Positions 55,697-64,000 of a stretch of 64,000 nt of DNA are shown in pieces (within the stretch, counting starts at the first letter, position 1; every line of letters starts with the position of its first letter). The notes beneath the pieces are model-generated. The model was not told where the DNA came from. It did no database searches and saw only the letters and a list, made by a program, of their open reading frames with translations. The translations under genes and the position numbers were made by a program. This DNA comes from Candidatus Methylomirabilota bacterium (GTDB lineage: Bacteria; Methylomirabilota; Methylomirabilia; Rokubacteriales; CSP1-6). Location: contig DATBIM010000102.1 in NCBI GenBank assembly GCA_036556905.1, positions 70,714-134,713 on the forward strand. Direction: 5' to 3'.

Positions 55697-57817
55697 TCAG
55701 GCGCCGTCCAGGCCGAAGCGTTTGAGGCGCGTGTAGAGCTGAGAGCGGGTCAGCCCCAACAGCCTGGCCGCGCGGGACTTGTTGCCCCGCGCCTTCTGCA
55801 TCGCGTCGGCGACGATCTGCCGCTCCGCCTCGGCCAGGGGAGTCACCGGCGCGTCCGCGGCCGGCGGGGCGGTCTCATCGCTTCGGACCTCCCGGCGCGG
55901 CGTGATGCCCAGCTGGGCCGCGGTGATGAGACTGCCATCGGACAGGATCAGCGCCCTCTCCACGGCGTTCTGCAGCTCCCGGATGTTGCCCGGCCAGCTG
56001 TGGGCGATCAGCGCCTCGCGGGCGTCACGGCTCAGCCCGGGCTCCCCCTTGCCCATCCGCGCGCCGAGCGTGTGCACGAAGTGGTCGGCCAGGAGCAGCA
56101 CGTCGTCGCCGCGCTCGCGCAGCGGGGGCAGGTGAACGGCGAAGACGTTGAGCCGATAGAAGAGATCCTCGCGGAAGCGGCCGTCCGCCACCGCCTGCTC
56201 CAGATCCCGGTTGGTGGCCGCCACGATGCGGACATCGGCCTTCAGCGTCGCGGTGCCGCCCACGCGCTGGAACTCGCGCTCCTGCAGCACGCGGAGCAGC
56301 TTGGCCTGCACGGGCGGGGTGAGCTCGGCGACCTCGTCGAGGAAGAGCGTGCCTCCCGCGGCCAGCTCGAAGCGCCCCGGCTTCTGGCGGTCGGCTCCCG
56401 TGAAGGCCCCGCGCTCGTGGCCAAACAGCTCCGACTCCAGCAGGGCCTCGGGCAGCGCCGCGCAGTTGACGGCGACGAACGGCCCGTCGGCGCGGACGCT
56501 GGCGTAGTGGATGGCGCGCGCCACGATCTCCTTGCCCGTGCCGCTCTCGCCGGTGAGCAACACCGTGGTCTCGGCGGGCGCCACCTTGGCCGCGCGCGAG
56601 AGGGCCTCGCGGACGGCCGGGGAGCGGCCGATGATCTGATCGAAGCCGTACTGCTGGCCCAGGGATTCCCGTAGCGAGGCCAATCGCTCCTCCAGCTGGC
56701 GGGCCCGACCCTCGGCGGCGGCCAGGCGCCGCTGCTCGTCGCCCAGGCGCTGGTGCTGCAGGGCCAGAACCACGGACTCCGCGACGTGCTCGGCGATCTC
56801 TACGTCGGCCCCGTCGAACCAGTATGGACGTCGCTTGCCGAAGTACAGCGCGCCGCCGACCACCCCACCACGGTGAAGGGCCACGCCGAGGGCCGAGCGC
56901 CCGCCGTCGTCCAGCATGAGGCGGTCCCCCGGGCTCTTGGGATCGAGCTCGACGAGCGCATCGCGAACCAGGATGGGCTGGCCCGCGCGCATTTTCTCGG
57001 CGAAGGAGAAGCTCTCGAGATCCATCCTCCAGGGCGCCGGCTCGGCCGGCGGCGCGCTGTCCACCTCGACGAGCTTCTCCAGCTCGCGCCCGCTGGAGGA
57101 GAGCAGGCAGATCCCCATCACGTCGAAGTCGAGGACCGGCTTCACCACCTCGGCGAGCCGGTCGAAGACGTCCTTGACGTCCAGGCTCGTGGCCAGCGCC
57201 GGGCCCAGCGCGGCCAGGCCGTGCAGGCGGCGCAGCCGACGTCGCTCCCGTTGCAGCAGCACGGTGCTCTGAATGAAGGGCGCGATGAGATCGGCGACCT
57301 GCCGGCCCGTGGCCAGGTGCTGGTCGGTGTAGGCGCCGGCGGTCAGGCTGCTGGCGGCCAGGCAGCCCACCACCCGGCCCCCGCTGTACAGGGGGAGGAG
57401 CAGGGCCGCGCGAAATCCCGCCTGGCGGACCCGATGCTCGATCGCGCCTTCGCGGGCGACGCGATCGTCGGCGCGAAGATCATCGACGCGGAGCGCCTCG
57501 CCGTCGAACACGGACCGAAGCCCCCAGTCGCCGACCCGATAGCGGCCCTCCGGCGAGAAGCCGGTGGTGTAGTGCCGGGCGTGCAGCACCGGCCCGTTCT
57601 TGGCGTGCTCGGCGAAGATGCTGAAGGTCCGGCGGTCGTCGTCGAGGTAGGCGATCACCAGCCGGTCGTGGGGGATGAGCCGCTCGAGCTTGGCCGAGAA
57701 ATCGGCGAGAAAGCGTTGGGGATCGAACTCGTCCTGCATGGAACGGCCGATGGCCGCCAGGCATTCGACCAGGTCGGCCAGCGCCGTATCGTCGGCCACG
57801 GTCGTCATGGCCCCCAA
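55697..57817 (-). CDS. sigma54-dependent Fis-family transcriptional activator (GAF-GAF-AAA+-HTH enhancer-binding protein)
   Basis: Two GAF domains; '[11 protein letters not shown]' Walker A; 'GAFTGA' sigma54-contact motif; 'RELQN'; C-terminal Fis HTH '[25 protein letters not shown]'. Confidence 0.85.
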   Translation of the reverse strand: MGAMTTVADDTALADLVECLAAIGRSMQDEFDPQRFLADFSAKLERLIPHDRLVIAYLDDDRRTFSIFAEHAKNGPVLHARHYTTGFSPEGRYRVGDWGLRSVFDGEALRVDDLRADDRVAREGAIEHRVRQAGFRAALLLPLYSGGRVVGCLAASSLTAGAYTDQHLATGRQVADLIAPFIQSTVLLQRERRRLRRLHGLAALGPALATSLDVKDVFDRLAEVVKPVLDFDVMGICLLSSSGRELEKLVEVDSAPPAEPAPWRMDLESFSFAEKMRAGQPILVRDALVELDPKSPGDRLMLDDGGRSALGVALHRGGVVGGALYFGKRRPYWFDGADVEIAEHVAESVVLALQHQRLGDEQRRLAAAEGRARQLEERLASLRESLGQQYGFDQIIGRSPAVREALSRAAKVAPAETTVLLTGESGTGKEIVARAIHYASVRADGPFVAVNCAALPEALLESELFGHERGAFTGADRQKPGRFELAAGGTLFLDEVAELTPPVQAKLLRVLQEREFQRVGGTATLKADVRIVAATNRDLEQAVADGRFREDLFYRLNVFAVHLPPLRERGDDVLLLADHFVHTLGARMGKGEPGLSRDAREALIAHSWPGNIRELQNAVERALILSDGSLITAAQLGITPRREVRSDETAPPAADAPVTPLAEAERQIVADAMQKARGNKSRAARLLGLTRSQLYTRLKRFGLDGA

Positions 57818-57856
57818 TCATACCGCGGGGACCCGAGCCCTCGGGGGCCGACGTCG

Positions 57857-60800
57857 TCAGCGTACGCGATACGAGTGCACGAGCCGCGTCCCACCGCGGT
57901 CGATCTCCACGAGCACCGTCGCGCGGTCGGGATCGCGCTGGACCGCGCTCAGCACGGCGAGCAGGCCGCGCGGTGGACGCCCGCCGACGCTGACGATGGT
58001 GTCGCCGGCCTCGATGCCGAGCCCGCGGGTCAGGCGGGGATCGGTCACCACGAAGCCGTCCGCGCCGAGGACACCCTCGATCAGATCTGACCTCACCGCC
58101 CAGCGGCGGGCGTCGCGTGAAGCCAGTGGATTGATCAACCGCACCGATCCCTCCCGGCTTGTGAGGTCGCGCAGGAGGTCCCGCGTTGCTGGCGCTGGGG
58201 GTGTGGTGAGCGGCCTGGGGCCAGGCCCGCTCTCCGCACGCCGGGCCGTCGGCGTGGGCCGGGTGGATGGAGCCGGGGCGGCGAGTATCTCACTCACGCC
58301 AGGCTCCGGCCGGGCTTCCCGCGCCGCGGCTGGTGAGGGCGCTGGCAATTGCCCGGGCCCCGCCGGCATCCGCTCCGGCCGGGCCAGAGCCAGCACAATG
58401 ACGAGCAGCACTGCTCCGACGATGAGGCAGGCGAGCGTCACACCCAGGACCGGCCTCGTTTTCCTTCGCGTCACCATCCCCAGCGCCAGCATCATTGCCA
58501 GCCCAATTGCCGTGAGCGCGATGGTCACGAAGGGCCTCTCGACAACAACGCCGACACCGAGGGCGACCGGGCGAAGCAGGCCGCGGACAACGGCGGCCAG
58601 CCGTGGGTTCCTCGCGACCGTGCGCGCCAGTGGCGGGCTCAGCCGGTAATAGGCGCGGACGAGCGCACGGCCGGCCGGGTGGGTCATCAGCACACGATCA
58701 CGGAACTGCCGGAGGGTCTGGACCTCGGGAGCCAGCGGTGAGCCGAAGGCAGCGGTGGCGATTAGGCAGCCGCCAACGCCTCCTTCCGGAAAAAATCCTC
58801 CCTCCGGAGGGCCACTGGGAGGGTTCGTGGCGATCGGATCGATCGGGTCCATCAGCTTGACCACGAAAGCGTCGGCTCCACCCTGGTGGGCCGGCTGCAC
58901 GGCGCCGGGTGTCGTGGGGAAGTCAGCCGCGCGGGTGAAACCCGCCACCCAGAAAGAAACGACCCCGCGGGTGACGATGGCCTGGCCGAAGTCCTGGCCG
59001 GCCGCCAGGTTGCTTCGTCCCCCGAACGTGATGATGTCGAGCCGGTGGCCGTCGCCGCCGCTGCGCTTGTCGACGACGACGTCGACGTGGGATTCTGCGC
59101 ATCCCGGAGGGATGGTGGGCATCGTGCAGACGAGGGTGTTGGCGACGAGACGAACATCGGCGAAGTTGTTGAGGGCGACCGCCGTCGGCACGGCGCTGCC
59201 GGTGCTCCGGGACCAGAGGACAGCGCTGCCTGCCGCGTCGAGCTTCGTCACGAAACCATCGGTAGCGCCGATGAACGAATCTCCCCCGGTGGCCGGGAAG
59301 TTCGCCGAGGCCGTGCTCCCGACCACATGAGAATGTCCCGCCGTGTCGACCGCGATGCCGTTGGCAGTATCCGAGCCGCTGCCGCCCAGGTACGTCGACC
59401 AGCCGAGACTGCCGTCGGCGTCCACCCTCGCGACGAAGGCGTCGAGCCCACCGCGTGGAGTGGGCAGCAGGCTCTCGAGGGTCGTCGGGAAGTTCCCCGA
59501 CAGGGTGAAGCCGGTGAGGTACGCATTGACGTTACGGTCCAGGGCGATGCCGTTGGCAGCGTCGTCGTCGCTGCCACCGAGGAAGGTCGAATACTCGAGG
59601 TCGGTCCCAAGGGGATTCAGCCGAGCCACGAAGGCGTCGCGGCAGGGGAAGGTGTCCGGCGCGATCCCGCAGGTGCCGCCGCCCGGTGTCGGCTGGAGCG
59701 CATTGCTGATGGGAAACTCGCTGGACCGGGTGCCACCGGCCACGTGGGCGCGGCCGTTGACATCCACGGCGATCCCGAGCGCTGTGTCGCTTTCAGCCCC
59801 ACCCAGGTAGGTGGAGTAGAGGATGGCGCCGGTGGGGTCGAGCTTGACGACGAAGCCGTCGAGGCCTCCCCCGTGGACCGGCTGGACGGTGCCGGCCGTG
59901 GTGGGGAAGTCAGGAGAGTCGGTGAATCCCGCTAGATAGACATTTGCCGCTGAATCCGCGGCGATGGCCCGGGCTCCGTCGGTGCCGCTGCCGCCGATAT
60001 AGGCGGAGTAGATGAGGCTCTGGCCGTTAGCATCGATCTTGGTCACGAAGGCGTCGGTCCCTACCGGGAGGCCAGAAGCATCTGGGAAGTCAGGCGACGT
60101 CGTGTCGCCGGTCACAACGACGTTGCCGACGGCGTCCAGGGCGACGCCGAAGGCCTGGTCGTCACCGGTGCCACCCAGGAGCGTCGCCCAGGTGATGACA
60201 GGATCGATCACCAGCGGAAGCGAGCGGTCGTAGCGGCCGAGCCAGAACCCTACCTCCCTCGGCCCACGAACTATCCACGCGGCCTGAATCCCACGGTGGT
60301 GCCCGTCGATCACCTGGTGGGCCACTGGCCGGCTGAGCCGCACCTCGCTCTTCGTTGTGGCCAGCACGAGGTCGCCGGCGCCGTCCACGCTCGCCGCCTG
60401 GACCCCATCGAGCTCCAGCCTGATCGCGTCGGGATCAGCGCCAGGCTGGACCAGGAAGTCCTGCTCGATGCGCAGCGCGGCGTCAGCCCTGTAGACCGCG
60501 TCGATCCCCGGGTAGACCTCCCGGTACGCGACCCGCGCATACGTGGGCACATTCGTCCGCCAGTGCAGGGGATTCTGCCCGATGAAGTAGTGAATCCGCC
60601 CCGGCAGGGGCTCGAGACCGACCACCTCGGGTTCCTCTCGCGCCCCGACGAGACGCAGCCGCACCCGTTCGCCGGTGCGACGATCGGCGAGCATCGTCTC
60701 GGCGGCCGTGATGAAGAGCGTGAAGCCCGGCCCGCGCGACAGGAACTTCACCTGGGCATCCACCTGTCCACGGTTGGCTTCGAAGACGACCGGCCCGCGC

Positions 60801-60877
60801 GCCCCGGCGGCGCCGGGCACGAAAACCATGAAAAGCGCCGCAGCCACACCCGTGCCGATCCATGTCGCTCGTGGCAT
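57857..60877 (-). CDS. large secreted SBBP beta-propeller protein with C-terminal anchor and PDZ-like domain (paralogue 2)
   Basis: Start at MPRATW after AGGAGG-6nt; same architecture as paralogue 1 ('VVFEANRGQVDAQVKFLSRGPGFTLFIT', SBBP repeats, 'CLIATAAFGSPLAPEVQTLRQFRD', TM, C-terminal 'GIEAGDTIVSVGG'). Confidence 0.65.
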   Translation of the reverse strand: MPRATWIGTGVAAALFMVFVPGAAGARGPVVFEANRGQVDAQVKFLSRGPGFTLFITAAETMLADRRTGERVRLRLVGAREEPEVVGLEPLPGRIHYFIGQNPLHWRTNVPTYARVAYREVYPGIDAVYRADAALRIEQDFLVQPGADPDAIRLELDGVQAASVDGAGDLVLATTKSEVRLSRPVAHQVIDGHHRGIQAAWIVRGPREVGFWLGRYDRSLPLVIDPVITWATLLGGTGDDQAFGVALDAVGNVVVTGDTTSPDFPDASGLPVGTDAFVTKIDANGQSLIYSAYIGGSGTDGARAIAADSAANVYLAGFTDSPDFPTTAGTVQPVHGGGLDGFVVKLDPTGAILYSTYLGGAESDTALGIAVDVNGRAHVAGGTRSSEFPISNALQPTPGGGTCGIAPDTFPCRDAFVARLNPLGTDLEYSTFLGGSDDDAANGIALDRNVNAYLTGFTLSGNFPTTLESLLPTPRGGLDAFVARVDADGSLGWSTYLGGSGSDTANGIAVDTAGHSHVVGSTASANFPATGGDSFIGATDGFVTKLDAAGSAVLWSRSTGSAVPTAVALNNFADVRLVANTLVCTMPTIPPGCAESHVDVVVDKRSGGDGHRLDIITFGGRSNLAAGQDFGQAIVTRGVVSFWVAGFTRAADFPTTPGAVQPAHQGGADAFVVKLMDPIDPIATNPPSGPPEGGFFPEGGVGGCLIATAAFGSPLAPEVQTLRQFRDRVLMTHPAGRALVRAYYRLSPPLARTVARNPRLAAVVRGLLRPVALGVGVVVERPFVTIALTAIGLAMMLALGMVTRRKTRPVLGVTLACLIVGAVLLVIVLALARPERMPAGPGQLPAPSPAAAREARPEPGVSEILAAPAPSTRPTPTARRAESGPGPRPLTTPPAPATRDLLRDLTSREGSVRLINPLASRDARRWAVRSDLIEGVLGADGFVVTDPRLTRGLGIEAGDTIVSVGGRPPRGLLAVLSAVQRDPDRATVLVEIDRGGTRLVHSYRVR

Positions 60878-61296
60878 CGTCGACCTCCTGGGGAGGCGTT
60901 CGCGATGCCGGCGCATGGAGCAACTCCCGCGCCACCCAGGAACGACGAGGCCATCCGGCCAGATGCTGAAGGCTACTTATCGGTGATTGTTGCAAAGTCG
61001 CCACGTGTGGACCGTCCAGCCGCCGCTGATGTGGTTCTCTGCGCGGCCAGTGGCCGGCGAATCTCCGACAGCGAATCTGTCGAACCACGGTGCTGCGGGC
61101 ACCTTGGCGTGTCCCGGGCCCGGGGCTATGGCGATACCTGCTGGGGGTTGCCGAGCGCAAGGCCGTTCCCAATGGCACTCGCCTGGCTGTGGGTGCAGTG
61201 CTGGCGCAGGCATTCACGAGATTTTGAGGGTTCCGGACGCCGGCTTTACGCGCCGTTGACGTCGCGCGCGCTACAACAAGTCTGGAGGAGGGCCAG

Positions 61297-61464
61297 ATGG
61301 GCAAGAAGCCGGCCGAGCGAACAGTGACGACAGCAGCGAGGAACACCCTCGGGTTCGAGGCGACCGTTCCCTGCGGCTGCTGCGGCGCCCCGTCGCGGCG
61401 TTCCCAGAAGCAGTTCCGGGTGTGCGTGAACGGGCATACCTTCACCAAGAAGAGCGACCAGTGA
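61297..61464 (+). CDS. small Cys-rich (zinc-ribbon-like) protein, 55 aa, not in the ORF track
   Basis: GGAGGAGGG-5nt-ATG; MGKKPAERTVTTAARNTLGFEATVPCGCCGAPSRRSQKQFRVCVNGHTFTKKSDQ; 64 nt upstream of map. Confidence 0.4.
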   Translation: MGKKPAERTVTTAARNTLGFEATVPCGCCGAPSRRSQKQFRVCVNGHTFTKKSDQ

Positions 61465-61528
61465 CGATGGTCCGTCCGCGCGGCGCCTGCCGGAAGCCAG
61501 GCGCCGCGCGGACGGGCTCGAGTCAGCG

Positions 61529-62299
61529 ATGATCGTGCTGAAGTCGCCCTCCGAGATCGCGGTGATGCGGCGCGCGGGCCACATCCTGGCGGACGTCATG
61601 GACTGGCTGCCGACCTTCGTCAAGCCCGGCGTGTCCACGCTGGCGATCAACATGGAAGTGGAGGCCCTCATCCGGCGGCGCGGGGCCACGCCGGCGTTCA
61701 AGGGCTATCAGGGCTACCCGGCCACGGCCTGTGTCTCGATCAATGCCGAGGTCGTGCACGGCATCCCCTCCGCCGGCCGGCGGCTGGCGGCGGGCGACAT
61801 CGTGAGCGTCGACGTCGGCTGTGTCCTCGACGGCTACTACGCGGACTGCGCCGCGACGCTCGCGATCGGCGAGATTCCCGCATCCGTGCGCGCGCTCCTC
61901 GCCGTCACCCGGGAGAGCCTGGAGCTCGCCATCGACGCGTGCCGCGTCGGCCGGCGGCTCTCCGACGTCTCCTATGCTGTGCAGACGCACGTGGAGGGCC
62001 ACGGGCTCGCCGTGGTCCGCGCCTTCGTGGGGCACGGCATCGGCCGCGCGCTGCACGAGGAGCCCGAGGTGCCGAACTTCGGCGCCGCCGGGCGGGGTCT
62101 CCGACTGCGACCCGGCATGGTGCTGGCCATCGAGCCCATGGTGACGCTGGGCGCGCCGGAGGTCGAGGTGCAAGAGGATGGATGGACGGCGATCACGCGG
62201 GACGGCAGTCTGTCTGCCCACTTCGAGCACACGGTGGCGATCACGGAGCAGGGACCGGCCGTGCTGACCCGCCGGGACGGGCGGCCGTCCGCGCCCTGA
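61529..62299 (+). CDS. map: type I methionine aminopeptidase
   Basis: 'IVLKSPSEIAVMRRAGHI', metal ligands D..D..H..E..E pattern ('VDVGCVLDGYYAD','HGIGRALHEEP','EPMV'). Confidence 0.85.
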   Translation: MIVLKSPSEIAVMRRAGHILADVMDWLPTFVKPGVSTLAINMEVEALIRRRGATPAFKGYQGYPATACVSINAEVVHGIPSAGRRLAAGDIVSVDVGCVLDGYYADCAATLAIGEIPASVRALLAVTRESLELAIDACRVGRRLSDVSYAVQTHVEGHGLAVVRAFVGHGIGRALHEEPEVPNFGAAGRGLRLRPGMVLAIEPMVTLGAPEVEVQEDGWTAITRDGSLSAHFEHTVAITEQGPAVLTRRDGRPSAP

Positions 62300-62515
62300 G
62301 AGCATCAGCCGGGGCTGCCTCCAGGGCTCCGGCCAGCCCAACGTCCCCCGTCCTCCCTGGTAGCGCCTGTGTGCTATTTTCCACGCTCGACGAGGCGTCA
62401 CGCCGCGACGACTCTGCATCACGGTCGGCGTCATGGCCATGGGGCTCGCGCTGGCCATGAAGCCGCGGGTGCGGCTCCACTTCTCCGCGGTCTCAGCGAA
62501 GGGATAGAGAGTCGC

Positions 62516-63331
62516 TTGACGAGGGCCACCCTCCTCTGCACCGTACGTGGTTGCCGGTTGCCGCTCACGCGCGAGGCGCGTCGCCTGATCTGCCCGGACG
62601 GGCATTCGTTCGACTTCGCGCGGAGCGGCTACGTCAACCTCCTGCAGCCCCACGATCGGAGATCGCGACGACCGGGCGACTCCCCGGAGGCGGTCGCGGC
62701 GCGCCGACGCATCCTCGCCGGCGTCGAGGGACCGCTCGTCGACAAGGTGGTCGACCTGCTGACGATCAGCATGGCCGACGCCGTGCTGGACGTCGGCTGC
62801 GGGGAGGGACACTACCTCGCGACCATCGCGGCGCGGTTCCGCTGCGCGGCGTACGGTATCGACATCTCCGTCGCGGCCATCGCCGCCGCCGCCCGGCTCC
62901 ATCGGGGGCTCGAGTGGATCGTGGCGAACGCCGACCGCTTCATCCCGTTTGCCGAGGCCTCGTTCCGGGTCGTCGCCTCGATCACCGGGCGCATGAACCC
63001 GGGCGAGTTCCGGCGCGTCGTTCGGGGAAATGGGGCTCTGCTCGTCGCTGTCCCCGCCCCCGACGACCTCATCGAGCTCCGGCAGGCAGTGCTCGGCGAG
63101 GGGGTGCTGCGCGACCGCGTCGAGCGAACGATCGCCACATTCGCGCCATTCTTCACGCTCGTGCGGCGGGAGCGCATCAGTCACGCCGCGCGGCTCGACG
63201 CCGCCGCCGTCGCCGACGTCATGACCGGCTCGTACCGAGCGCTCCGCCGGAGCGAGCGTGCCCGGCTCGACGCGATCGGCGATCTCGACGTCACGCTGAG
63301 CCGTGACGTGCTGCTGTTCCGACCATCGTGA
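62516..63331 (+). CDS. 23S rRNA (guanine-N1)-methyltransferase RlmA-like (zinc-ribbon plus class I SAM MTase)
   Basis: TTG start giving 'MTRATLLCTVRGCRLPL...LICPDGHSFDFARSGYVNLL' (RlmA N-terminus pattern); 'VLDVGCGEGHY' SAM motif I. Confidence 0.65.
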   Translation: MTRATLLCTVRGCRLPLTREARRLICPDGHSFDFARSGYVNLLQPHDRRSRRPGDSPEAVAARRRILAGVEGPLVDKVVDLLTISMADAVLDVGCGEGHYLATIAARFRCAAYGIDISVAAIAAAARLHRGLEWIVANADRFIPFAEASFRVVASITGRMNPGEFRRVVRGNGALLVAVPAPDDLIELRQAVLGEGVLRDRVERTIATFAPFFTLVRRERISHAARLDAAAVADVMTGSYRALRRSERARLDAIGDLDVTLSRDVLLFRPS

Positions 63332-63406
63332 CCCTCCCTGTCATGGTGCGGACGGGCGCCCAGCTCCGGGCCAGCGTGTCGCCATTCGGCCGAGGATCGG
63401 CGCTAT

Positions 63407-63782
63407 CATGGGTCCCGTGCTCGAGCGGCTCGCCGAGCTGGTCAACAGCGACGAGGCCCTGGTCCGTCGGGGTCGCTATCTGAGCACGACATTTCTCGTC
63501 GAGACGGGCGACACGGCCTGGCTGGTCACGGTGATCGAGGGCCGGGTCGCCCGGCTCGAGCGCGGGCCCTTTCTCATGCGCCAGTGGAGCTTCGCCGTGC
63601 GGGCTCCGGCCGACGCGTGGCGGCGCTTCTGGGCCCCGCTGCCGGCGCCCGGCTACCATGATCTCTTCGCCATGGCCAAGGCCGGTCACGCGCGGATCGA
63701 AGGCGACCTCCTGCCCCTCATGGCCAATCTGCGCTACGTCAAAGGGGTGTTGGAAGCGCCCCGGGGGCGCGACCGTGGCTGA
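63407..63782 (+). CDS. SCP2-like / hypothetical small protein
   Basis: Clean 125-aa ORF; C-terminal 'ARIEGDLLPLMANLRYVKGVL' resembles an SCP2 sterol-carrier fold terminus. Confidence 0.4.
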
Positions 63783-64000
63783 GCCCCACCTCGAGCCGAT
63801 CATCGGTCGGTATCTGCGGCTCGTTCTGCAATCCCGCGTGCACCGGCTGTACTTCGAGGAAGCCGGGCAGGGGATCCCGCTGGTGTGCCTGCACACGGCG
63901 GGCTCCGATGGCCGCCAGTTCCGCCATCTGCTGACCGATGAGGCGGTCACGCGGCGCTTTCGCGTGCTGGCCTTCGACATGCCCCGGCACGGCAAGTCGC
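63776..64000 (+). CDS. alpha/beta hydrolase, 3'-partial (continues past window end)
   Basis: GTG start overlapping the upstream stop; 'RLYFEEAGQGIPLVCLHTAGSDGRQF...FDMPRHGKS' typical N-terminus of an alpha/beta-hydrolase. Confidence 0.5.

Noticed and set aside
60917-61010. TGGCGACTTTGCA upstream of SBBP paralogue 2 as a sigma54 promoter
   Set aside because: GG to GC spacing is 7 nt, not 10, which is incompatible with the sigma54 -24/-12 geometry.
61523-63184. 553-aa antisense ORF spanning map and the rRNA methyltransferase
   Set aside because: Artefact of GC-rich antisense; both sense genes have clear family signatures.
1-64000. Mobile elements, integrases, transposases, tRNA/rRNA genes, and defence systems (RM, CRISPR-Cas, Abi, CBASS-like ATPase/nuclease pairs)
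   Set aside because: None detected by motif inspection on either strand. The only TA-like element is the degraded vapBC locus, and the window reads as metabolic/envelope chromosome rather than a defence island.

Overview
High-GC (~68-70%) chromosomal segment from a diderm bacterium. It is densely coded and reads as core/accessory metabolism, not a mobile or defence island. The lineage is undetermined from this window; I see no tRNA, rRNA, CRISPR or transposase.

Main content, in order along the window:
- A six-gene minus-strand operon (7.1-17.3 kb): a 912-aa Orn/Lys/Arg-family PLP decarboxylase, an AAE-family (AspT-like) exchanger, an aspartate 4-decarboxylase (AsdA), an outer-membrane porin, a GltS Na+/glutamate symporter, and a TAXI-type binding lipoprotein with an N-terminal extension. 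This looks like a full envelope-to-cytoplasm amino-acid decarboxylation/exchange module.
- A MexAB-OprM-like RND efflux operon.
- An ion-transport cluster: a Ca2+/H+ antiporter, a GYGD potassium channel, and an unknown 400-aa membrane protein.
- An arylsulfatase pseudogene carrying at least four frameshifts.
- A secreted protein with eight codon-diversified QDAQAPRG tandem repeats.
- An oxygen-handling island: UspA, ba3-type cytochrome oxidase (CbaA, CbaB and a putative CbaD), a stand-alone PAS protein, an MBL hydrolase, and two peroxiredoxins.
- A vapBC-like toxin-antitoxin locus with a near-consensus sigma70 promoter; the vapC PIN gene is disrupted by a 1-nt deletion.
- An orphan CoxL-type Mo-hydroxylase large subunit.
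- A scar of gene fragments: an RND-pump C-terminus and a TPR remnant.
- A TAXI-TRAP transporter.
- The candidate for a less-described system: two paralogous ~1000-aa SBBP beta-propeller/PDZ envelope proteins flank a GAF-GAF sigma54 enhancer-binding protein and an 81-aa ORF. That ORF is preceded by a good -24/-12 sigma54 promoter and upstream inverted repeats.
- A 55-aa Cys-rich ORF with a strong Shine-Dalgarno (SD) sequence just upstream of map.

Many long opposite-strand ORFs in the supplied six-frame track are GC-driven artefacts. Several of my own coordinate derivations may be off by 1-2 nt relative to that track.
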